A DNA stretch of 64,000 bases from Eledone cirrhosa (lineage: Eukaryota), in assembly GCA_964016885.1 (NCBI GenBank), contig OZ024745.1, positions 84,382,001 through 84,446,000 of the forward strand, read 5' to 3'. The position numbers and the translations under genes were made by a program. The notes under the pieces are model-generated. The model searched no databases. It was not told where the DNA came from and saw nothing but the letters and a program-made list of their open reading frames with translations. Shown here piece by piece: positions 1 through 10,400 of this stretch. The first letter of the stretch is position 1; every line of letters starts with the position of its first letter.

Positions 1-574
1 AGGAAGGTATAGGTTGCTGACGATAGCTAATAAGCTAGAAACTAGTACAGCCTTCCTTTGTCAGTGTTGAACAAACGAGCAACGGTGGTTTGCTAGACAC
101 TACAGCTTAATACGGGATGTTTGTTTACAAACACACCGAGCTTTATAATAAATGTTCGGTGAATCCATACGTACATATATATATATATGTGCATGTATGT
201 ATATATACATACATACTACTGTACGTCTGTATACATATATGTATGTACGTATACATACTTATATTTAAGTAACAGGCGTACAAAGAGTGGGAAATGAAAT
301 TTCGTTACATTTTTCCTTTTATCGTTTTCAGTGCACCCGGCCGATTAACCCACTCGATATGCAAATTGGGCTACTCTGCCGTTAATATGCATAAGGAAAG
401 TATATACTTTCGGACGTTCAATTATCTGGCAGGAAGGTATACGTTGCTGACGATAGCTAATAAGCTTGAAACTAGTACAGCGTTCCTTTGTCAGTGTTGA
501 ACATACGAGCAACGGTGGTTGCTAGACACTACGGCGTAATACGGGATGTCTGTTTACAAACACACCGAGAATTA
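1..574 (+). repeat. Left segment of the ~429-bp hammerhead-containing satellite (continues beyond the window start)
   Basis: Same monomer as the main array. Its diagnostic variants (acatacgagc, gcgtaat, gtctgttt, gagaatta) match the monomer at ~14731-14824. Confidence 0.97.
11..53 (+). ncRNA. Type I hammerhead ribozyme core (first copy in the window)
   Basis: Stem I AGGTTG(11-16)/CAGCCT(48-53); CTGACGA 17-23; stem II TAGC-TAATAA-GCTA 24-37; GAAA 38-41; stem III AC-TA-GT; predicted cleavage after GTA at 47. Confidence 0.85.
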
Positions 575-576
575 TC

Positions 577-631
577 TGTTAGAACACGAAAAGTGTGAAA
601 CAACAGAATGTTCACTTTTCGTGTTCTAACA
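577..631. repeat. Perfect 19-bp inverted repeat at the left insertion junction
   Basis: tgttagaacacgaaaagtg (577-595) is the reverse complement of cacttttcgtgttctaaca (613-631); 17-nt loop. Confidence 0.9.
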
Positions 632-1169
632 TATATGCGTAGCTTCTTAAAAAATTTTTCGGGGATAGCCGTGGTGGTGGTGATCGTATGTCATTGGCTA
701 ATTTTCAACCAATCAGAGTACCTCTCTCTATATCTCTTCCACTGTTACTTACGCCTGTTTCTCTCTATCTGTTCCGTCTCTATATATATCTCTTACTCTT
801 TCGCTTTGCACTCCTCCCCTTCAATACCATCTCTCCCCCTCTCTATATATTTGTTACTCTATCGCTGCACGCTCCTCTCCTTCAATATATCAATTACACA
901 CGCTTTACACTCCTTTATCCCCAGCGCCCCTATATATACCCCCCCCCATCTCCCGCATCTATATTTTAATGTACCGTTGCACCGTGAATATATGTGTCTA
1001 TATATATATACATATATATTGTATATACACATTCATGTATGTGTATACACACTCATGTATGTATATACACTGGTTTTATGTGTGTATTGTAAATTTGTAC
1101 TGTTAAAACACGAAACTAACATTCGATTGACACTTTGAGTACCTGTACAGGCAATAGTTATTAGAATGC

Positions 1170-1207
1170 TGTTGAAGTGTGTATATATTTTTGGGGGACA
1201 TCCTGTA
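1170..1207 (-). mobile_element. Possible solo Tc1/mariner-type terminal inverted repeat
   Basis: The minus strand reads TA-CAGGATGTCCCCCAAAAATATATACACACTT, resembling TA|CAGGGTGTCCC mariner MITE ends. No partner end was seen. Confidence 0.35.
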
Positions 1208-1567
1208 TATACACACATTATATATAATACAATAAACAGATAAATACACACATATATATATGAGCTTATTTAATTATAAATATTGTGAATTTTTAACTCA
1301 GTTCAATTATATATATAAATGGTTTCTACAGGACTAGAACTGTTTCATTCGAAAGAAATCATCATAATATTGAGAGTGGGGACTAGATAAAATATTTCAA
1401 ATCAAATGTGTATAAGTTATAAGTTAAAATGTATAAATAGAGACGATAGTGGAGGTATATCTGTTTAGTGGAACAGTAGACGATAGAATTAAATACAGAC
1501 GATAATCTCCCTTTAATGAAACAGCAGACGATAGAATTAAGGCAATTTAAATTTTAAGCATTTGCAT

Positions 1568-1620
1568 TTTTGCCTTTCATCGTTACGGGGTCGATAAAAT
1601 AAAGTACCAGTAATACACTG
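1568..1620 (+). mobile_element. SINE fragment (cephalopod-type)
   Basis: tttgcctttcatcgttacggggtcgataaaataaagtaccagtaatacactg shares tcgataaaataaagtaccagtaat with the copy at ~2524-2547. Family recognised from memory only. Confidence 0.55.
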
Positions 1621-1980
1621 TCAATAGACGACTTTCAAATTGAATTGTTGGTTCCATTTCTTTAGTATTTTCAATTGTAGTTATCTACTTAAAAAGCGTT
1701 ACACGGTTAGAGACATAATTCGTAAGTTATATCTTCCCTATTAAACCATTGCATTATTTCGCCTACAATAGAACAAAAATGAAATGTTCTTTAAAGAAAC
1801 AGGAATATAACTTTATAAAAAAAAAAGTTGCATCCGCTTCTTTTATCATTGATAATTTTTTCGTTTTAATATTAATTGTTTTTTGTAGTTGTTTATATTA
1901 AAAATCTTACTGTAATATTTACTTAAACGAAGGCAAACATCTAAACTTATAGATTAATCTTGAGCGAAGGACTAGATAAA

Positions 1981-1989
1981 TCTCTCTCC

Positions 1990-2023
<34 letters not shown>
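1981..2023. repeat. (CT)n(TA)n microsatellite
   Basis: Directly visible. Confidence 0.9.
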
Positions 2024-2024
<1 letters not shown>

Positions 2025-2419
2025 AACGAAGAATGATAAAATTTCAAGCAAAGAGTTTAATTAGGTATATTTTGTAATATTATTAACTAATTATTATAAT
2101 TAACGCGCATATTTTGCTATCCTCAAACACGTTTACACATGGCATGAAATATAACTAATCCGAGATGGCTAGGTTTCATCTTCTAACTGGATATACGAAA
2201 TCCATTATGTCTTGACAACAACATGAGGTAACATTATGTTATTCACAGACACACTTTGTACACTGTTCCATATCAGAATGTATTTCCTTCGTCACATTCA
2301 CAAACAGTATTGAAAATATGTTCTTCGGCAAATAAAAATGTTTTGTTCATAATATTTCAACTAGCGATTGCTCTACTCCACGCACGACCACCATAAATTA
2401 ATGACCAGCTCAACACAAG

Positions 2420-2555
2420 TATTGGTAGAGCGTCAGACACCATGCTTTGCAGTATTGTTATGGTCCTTTGCATTCTAAGTTCAAATCCTGCCGAGGTTAA
2501 CTTCGACTTTCATACTTACTAATTCGATAAAATAAAGTACCAGTAATGGACTGCC
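2420..2555 (+). mobile_element. Decayed tRNA-derived SINE (cephalopod-type)
   Basis: B-box-like gttcaaatcc (~2480-2489) followed by gccgaggttaacttcgactttcat...tcgataaaataaagtaccagt; homologous to 1568-1620. Confidence 0.6.
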
Positions 2556-3141
2556 GTAATGGATTTGTGCCGAAAAATAGAAACACTATTAATGTGCAAT
2601 AAGAGCAAAATATAACGACATTGCTCAATTATTTTATCTAATGTTGTAATAACACAAGGAAATGTTGTTTGTGTATTTTTTTTATATTTGCTCATAGGCT
2701 TTTACAATTTCGCTCAGCCAACAACTATTAAAAAGTGAGTTGCTTAAGATAACAATTTAATCACAAATTGTTGCTATCTTTTAATACACTCCAACAAGTC
2801 ATCAAATTATGTACAATAAAAACAAATCTTATTAATTTGCTCAGGGAATATAAAGAAAATGTATATACACTGATAATTGCAATTGTATGTAAATATTTTG
2901 TTTTTGTATTGTATATTTTATGTTTTCTATTATGTATAATATATTGATTTAATATTGATTGTTTTTTGTAGTTGTTTATATTAAAAGTCTGAAAATATTT
3001 TTATACATCTTACACTAATATTTATAAGATAATTTATAATAACAATTACATAATCTAATTACATTACAACGATAATTTATTATTAATATATATCCTGTTT
3101 AACTAGAGTTATTACAAGCGTTGCCTTAAAAAAATATTAAA

Positions 3142-4096
3142 CTAGACATGAAAAATGCGCAAGCTCAAAAGTGCCACAGAATGTTATAATAAACCTTCAA
3201 AAGTGTGGGACTAGAGTTGTTGCTAAAAAATATTGTAATCATTATATATCGTACATTCTGTGGCATCCTTTATAAAAATAGCTTAAACCAACGAAGCCTT
3301 TATTTTTACGCTATTTCACTTAGTTAATTCTTAGAGTGTAACATATAAAAATAAATACATCTATGTTTAATGTAATAACAGCTATAAATAATTACGTAAT
3401 ATTATTATCATATACTCATAGTAACAAAATAATTGTGTTGAAACTTAATATGATGCTTATATGAACGATCAAATCTATAATGATAATTTCTTAAATATAC
3501 TAATAGTAAAATAATTTAGTTATCTATTGTTACATTTTCATAGAACTATAATATTAACAATCGTATTGCATTATCAAATTTTTATCACTACAAACTTTCA
3601 TATTGGAATTACCTTAAGCCACTTATTATTACTTCGCTTTCGTACTTTTACAGCTGTAGATATTGCGCTGTATCTTATATCTAATATCAATATCTCGTGG
3701 TAATTTGCATGAAGTGTAAAATAGGTTTATTAATAACTTTAATATGAAATGTATTATACAGGGCTGCGGAGTCGGCCAAAAATTGACTGGCTCCAACTCA
3801 GGATCCGATACTCCATTATTTCCTAAATTTCAGCTCCGCAGCTCTGTTATTATATTAATTAATTTATTTTATAGTTGTAAATGATATTTTTATATGTTAC
3901 ACTCTAAGAATTAACTAAGTGAAATAGCGTAAAAATAAAGGCTTCGTTGGTTTAAGCTATTTTTATAAAGGATGCCACAGAATGTACGATATATAATGAT
4001 TACAATATTTTTTAGCAACAACTCTAGTCCCACACTTTTGAAGGTTTATTATAACATTCTGTGGCACATTTGAGCTTGCGCATTTTTCATGTCTAG
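3142..4096. mobile_element. Non-autonomous foldback/TIR element with ~212-bp terminal inverted repeats
   Basis: 3141-3353 is the near-perfect reverse complement of 3885-4097 (one mismatch seen). Termini are CTAG, and TATTAAA flanks both sides (3135-3141, 4097-4103). Confidence 0.8.
3759..3846. mobile_element. 88-bp hAT-like MITE nested in the foldback spacer
   Basis: TIRs cagggctgcggag / ctccgcagctctg (12/13 match); 8-bp flanks gtattata / ttattata (7/8), the TSD length typical of hAT. Confidence 0.7.
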
Positions 4097-4739
4097 TATT
4101 AAATGTTCGGTCAATCCATACGTACATATATATATATGTGTGCATGTATGTATATATATATACATACTACTGTACGTCTATATACATATATGTATGTACG
4201 TATACATACTTATATTTAGGTAACATCCGTAATAAGAGTGGGAAATGAAATTTCGTTTCATTTTTCCGTTTATCGTTTTCGGTACACCCGCCGATTAACC
4301 CACTCGATATGAGAATTGGGCTACTCTGCCGTTAATATGCATAAGGAAAGTATATACTTTCGGACGTTCAATCATCTGGTAGGATGGTATGCTTTGCTGA
4401 CGATAGCTAATAAGCTTGAAACTAGTACAGCGTTCCTTTGTTAGTGTTGAACAAACGAGCCACGGTGGTTGCTAGACACTGCGGCTCAATACGGAATGTT
4501 TGTTTACAAACACAGCGAGTATTATAATAAATGTTCGGTCAATCCATACGTACATATATATATATATATGTGCATGTATGTATATATATATACATACTAC
4601 TATACGTCTGTATACATATATGTATGTACGTATACATACTTATATTTAAGTAACTGCCGTACAAAGAATGGGAAATGAAATTTCGTTTCATTTTTCCGTT
4701 TATCAATTTCGGTGCACTCGGTCGATTAACCCACTTGAT

Positions 4740-4747
4740 ATGCAAAT
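4740..4747 (+). promoter_or_regulatory. Octamer motif ATGCAAAT (present in most monomers; example copy)
   Basis: Exact POU/Oct consensus about 90 bp upstream of the ribozyme core. Function is inferred only. Confidence 0.35.
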
Positions 4748-7375
4748 TGGGCTACTCAGCCGTTAATATGCATAAGGAAAGTATATACTTTCGGACGTTC
4801 AATCATCTGGTAGGATGGTATACTTTGCTGACGATAGCTAATAAGCTTGAAACTAGTACAGCGTTCCTTTGTCAGTGTTGAACAAACGAGCAACGGTGGT
4901 TACTAGACATTGCGGTTTAATACAGGATGTTTGTTTACAAACACAGCGAGCATTATAATAAATGTTCGGTGAATCCATACGTACATATATATATATATGT
5001 GTGCATGTATATATATATATACATACATACTACTGTACGTCTGTATACATATATGTATGTACGTATACATACTTATATTTAAGTAACAGCCGTACTAAGA
5101 GTGGGATATGAATTTTCGTTTCATTTTTCCGTTGTTCGTTTTCGGTGCACTCGGTCGATTAACCCACTTGATAAGCAAATTGGGCTCCTCTGCCGTTAAT
5201 ATGCATGAGGAAAGTATATACTTTCGGACGTTCAATTATCTGGCAGGAAGGTATACGTTGCTGACAAAAGCTAATAAGCTTGAAACTAGTACAGCGTTCC
5301 TTTGTCAGTGTTGAACAAACGAGCAACGGTGGTTTGCTAGACACTACGGTTGAATACGGGATGTTTGTTTACAAACACACCGAGCTTTATAATAAATGTT
5401 CGGTGAATCCATACGTACATATATATATGTGTGCATGTATGTATAAATATATATATATATACATACTACTATACGTCTGTATACATATACATACGTATAC
5501 ATACTTATATTTAAGTAACAGCCGTACTATGAGTGGGAAATGAAATTTCGCTCCATTTTTTCCGTTTATCGTTTTCGGTGTAACCGGCCGATTAACCCAC
5601 TCAATATAAAAATTGGGCTACTCAGCCGTTAATATGCATAAGGAAAGTATATACTTTCAGACGTTCAATCATCTGGCAGGAAAGTATACGTTGCTGACGA
5701 TAGCTAATAAGCTTAAACTAGTACAGCGTTCCTTTGTCAGTGTTGAACAAACGAGCAACGGTGGGTTGTTGGACACTACGGCTTAATACGGAAAGTTGGT
5801 TTACAAACACGCCGAGCATTATAATAAATGTTCGGTGAATCCATAGGTACATATATATATATGTGTGCATGTATGTATATATATATATATATATACTACT
5901 GTACGTCTGTATACATATATGTAGCTACATATGCATACTTCTATTTAAGTAACAGCCGTACTAAGAGTGGGAAATGAAATTTAGTTTAATTTTTTCAGTT
6001 TATCGTTTTCGGTGCACCCGGCCGATTAACCCACTCGATATGCAGATTAGGCTACTCAGCCATTAATATGCATAAGCAAACTATATACTTTCGGACGTTC
6101 AATCATCTGGCAGGAAGGTATAGCTTGTTGACGATAGCTAATAAGCTTGAAACTAGTACAGCGTTCCTTTGTCAGTGTTGAACAAACGAGCAACGGTGGT
6201 TTGCTAGACACTACAGCTTAATACGTGATGTTTGTTTACAAACACACCGAGCTTTATAATAAATGTTCGGTGAATCCATACGTACATATATATATATGTG
6301 TGCATTTATGTATATATACATACATACTACTGTACGTCTGTATACATATATGTATGTACGTATACATAATTTAAGTAACAGCCGTACTAAGAGTGGGAAA
6401 TGAAATTTAGTTTAATTTTTTCAGTTTATCGTTTTCGGTGAACCCGGCCGATTAACCCACTCGATATGCAAATTAGGCTACTCAACCGTTAATATGCATA
6501 AGGAAACTACATACTTTCGGACGTTCAATCATCTGCCAGGAAGGTATACGTTGCTGACGATAGGTATTAAGCTTGAAACTAGTACAGCGTTCCTTTGTCA
6601 GTGTTGAACAAACGAGCAACGGTGGTTGCTAGACACTACGGCTTAATACGGGATGTTTGTTTAAAAACACACAGAGAATTATAATAAATGTTCGGTGAAT
6701 CCATACGTACACATATATATGTGTGCATGTATGTATATATATATACATACTACTGTGCGTCTGTATACATATATGTATGTACGTATACATACTTATATTT
6801 AAGTAACAGCCGTACTAAGAGTGGGAAATGAAATTTCGTTTCTTTTTTCCGTTTATCGTTTTCGGTGCACTCGGTCGATTAACCCACTTGATATGCAAAT
6901 TAGGCTACTCAACCGTTAATATGCATAAGGAACTATATGCTTTCGGATGTTCAATCATCTGGCAGGGTGGTATACGTTGCTGACGATAGCTAATAACCTT
7001 GAAACTAGTACAGCGTTCCTTTGTCAGTGTTGAACAAACGAGCAACGGTGGTTGCTAGACACTAGGGCTTAATACGGGATGTTTCTTTACAAACACACCG
7101 TGCATTATAATAAATGCTTGGTGAATCCATACGTACATATATATATGTGTGCATGTATGTATATATATATACATACTACTGTACGTCTGTATACATATAT
7201 GTTTGTATCTATACATACTTATATTTAAGTAGCAGCCGTACTAAGCGTGGGAAATGAAATTTCGTTTCTTTTTTCCGTTTATCGTTTTCGGTGCACTCGG
7301 TCGATTAACCCACTTGATATGCAAATTAGGCTACTCAACCGTTAATATGCATAGGGAAAGTATATACTTTCGGAC

Positions 7376-7462
7376 GTTCAATCATCTGGCAGGAAGGTAT
7401 AGGTTGCTGACGATAGCTAATAAGCTAGAAACTAGTACAGCCTTCCTTTGTCAGTGTTGAAC
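7376..7462 (+). ncRNA. Full-length type I hammerhead ribozyme, well-paired example
   Basis: Distal stem I GTTCAA/TTGAAC and CTGGCA/TGTCAG; internal loop AGGTAT; proximal stem AGGTTG/CAGCCT; CTGACGA 7407-7413; TAGC-TAATAA-GCTA; GAAA 7428-7431; predicted cleavage after GTA at 7437. Confidence 0.87.
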
Positions 7463-10400
7463 AAACGAGCAACGGTGGTTTGCTAGACACTACAGCTTAA
7501 TACGGGATGTTTGTTTACAAACACACCGAGCTTTATAATAAATGTTCGGTGAATCCATACGTACATATATATATATATATGTGCATGTATGTATATATAC
7601 ATACATACTACTGTACGCCTGTATACATATATGTATGTACGTATACATACTTATATTTAAGTAACAGGCGTACAAAGAGTGGGAAATGAAATTTCGTTAC
7701 ATTTTTCCTTTTATCGTTTTCAGTGCAACCGGCCGATTAAGCCACTCGATATGCAAATTGGGCTACTCTGCCGTTAGTATGCATAAGGAAAGTATATACT
7801 TTCGGACGTTCAATTATCTGGCAGGAAGGTATACGTTGCTGACGATAGCTAATAAGCTAGAAACTAGTACAGCGTTCCTTTGTCAGTGTTGAACAAACGA
7901 GCAACGGTGGTTGCTAGACACTACGGCTTAATACGGGATGTTTGTTTAAAAACACACAGAGAATTATAATAAATGTTCGGTGAATCCATACGTACACATA
8001 TATATGTGTGCATGTATGTATATATATATACATACTACTGTGCGTCTGTATACATATATGTATGTAGGTATACATACTTATATTTAAGTAACAGCCGTAC
8101 TAAGAGTGGGAAATGAAATTTCGTTTCTTTTTTAGTTTATCGTTTTCGGTGCACGCGGTCGATTAACCCACTTGATATGCAAATTGGGTTACTCAGCCGT
8201 TAATATGCATAAGGAAAGTATATACATTCGGACGTTCAATCATCTGGCAGGAAGGTATAGCTTGTTGACGATAGCTAATAAGCTTGAAATTAGTACAGCG
8301 TTCCTTTGTCAGTGTTGAACAAACGAGCAACGGTGGTTTGCTAGACACTACAGCTTAATACGTGATGTTTGTTTACAAACACACCGAGCTTTATAATAAA
8401 TGTTCGGTGAATCCATACGTACATATATATATATGTGTGCATTTATGTATATATACATACATACTACTGTACGTCTGTATACATATATGTATGTACGTAT
8501 ACATAATTATATTTAAGTAACAGCCGTACTAAGAGTGGGAAATGAAATTTAGTTTAATTTTTTCAGTTTATCGTTTTCGGTGAACCCGGCCGATTAACCC
8601 ACTCGATATGCAAATTAGGCTACTCAACCGTTAATATGCATAAGGAAACTATATACTTTCGGACGTTCAATCATCTGCCAGGAAGGTATACGTTGCTGAC
8701 GATAGGTATTAAGCTTGAAACTAGTACAGCGTTCCTTTGTCAGTGTTGAACAAACGAGCAACGGTGGTTGCTAGACACTACGGCTTAATACGGGATGTTT
8801 GTTTAAAAACACACAGAGAATTATAATAAATGTTCGGTGAATCCAAACGTACACATATATATGTGTGCATGTATGTATATATATATACATACTACTGTGC
8901 GTCTGTATACATATATGTATGTACGTATACATACTTATATTTAAGTAACAGCCGTACTAAGAGTGGGAAATGAAATTTCGTTTCTTTTTTCCGTTTATCG
9001 TTTTCGGTGCACTCGGTCGATTAACCCACTTGATATGCAAATTAGGCTACTCAACCGTTAATATGCATAAGGAACTATATGCTTTCGGACGTTCAATCAT
9101 CTGGCAGGATGGTATACGTTGCTGACGATAGCTAATAAGCTTGAAACTAGTACAGCGTTCCTTTGTCAGTGTTGAACAAACGAGCAACGGTGGTTGCTAG
9201 ACACTAGGGCTTAATACGGGATGTTTCTTTACAAACACACCGTGCATTATAATAAATGCTTGGTGAATCCATACGTACATATATATATGTGTGCATGTAT
9301 GTATATATATATACATACTACTGTACGTCTGTATACATATATGTTTGTATCTATACATACTTATATTTAAGTAGCAGCCGTACTAAGCGTGGGAAATGAA
9401 ATTTCGTTTCTTTTTTCCGTTTATCGTTTTCGGTGCACTCGGTCGATTAACCCACTTGATATGCAAATTAGGCTACTCAACCGTTAATATGCATAGGGAA
9501 AGTATATACTTTCGGACGTTCAATCATCTGGCAGGAAGGTATAGGTTGCTGACGATAGCTAATAAGCTAGAAACTAGTACAGCCTTCCTTTGTCAGTGTT
9601 GAACAAACGAGCAACGGTGGTTGCTAGACACTGCAGCTTAATACGGGATGTTTGTTTACAAACACACCGAGCATTATAATAAATGTTCGGTCAATCCATA
9701 CGTACATATATATATATGTGTGCATGTATGTATATATATATACATACTACTGTACGTCTGTATACATATATGTATGTACGTATGCATACTTAAATTTAAG
9801 TAACAGCCGTACAAAGAATAGGAAATGAAATTTCATTTCATTTTTCCGTTCATCGTTCTCGGCACACCCGCCGATTAACCCATTCGATATGCAAACTTGG
9901 CTAACCTGCCGTTAATACTCATAAGGAAAGTATATACTTTCGGACGTTCAATCATCTGGCAGGATGGTATACGTTGCTGACGATAGCTAATAAGCTTGAA
10001 ACTAGTACAGCGTTCCTTTGTCAGTGTTGAACAAACGAGCAACGGTGGTTGCTAGATACTCTCGGCTTAATACGGGATGTCTGTTTACAAACACAGCGAG
10101 CATGATAATAAATGTTCGGTCAATCCATACGTACATATATATATATGTGTGCATGTATGTATATATATATATACATCCTATTGTACGTCTGTATACATAT
10201 ATGTATGTACGTATACATACTTATATTTAAGTAACAGCCGTACAAAGAATGGGAAATGAAATTTCGTTTCATTTATCCGTTTAGCGTTTTCAGTACACCC
10301 GCCGATTAACCCACTCGATATGCAAATTGGGCTACTCTGCCGTTAATATGCATAAGGAAAGTATATACTTTCGGACGTTCAATCATCTGGCAGGATGGTA

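Larger units (their letters stand above)
575..4096. mobile_element. 3.5-kb composite insertion interrupting one satellite monomer (Helitron-like TC...CTAG ends, or nested DNA-element remnants)
   Basis: Flanks gagaatta|t(a/t)taaatgttcggtcaatcc rejoin into one monomer variant (compare 14815-14840, 1 mismatch). The insert starts TC, ends CTAG and lies between A and T. No transposase ORF. Confidence 0.6.

Noticed and set aside
608-1251. ORFs of 176, 93 and 72 aa in the insertion
   Set aside because: Low-complexity CT/TA-rich translations with no domain features.
9925-9962. Second hammerhead on the minus strand (CAGATGA...CGAAAGTATATACTT)
   Set aside because: The core is CAGAUGA rather than CUGAUGA, and neither stem II nor stem I can be formed.
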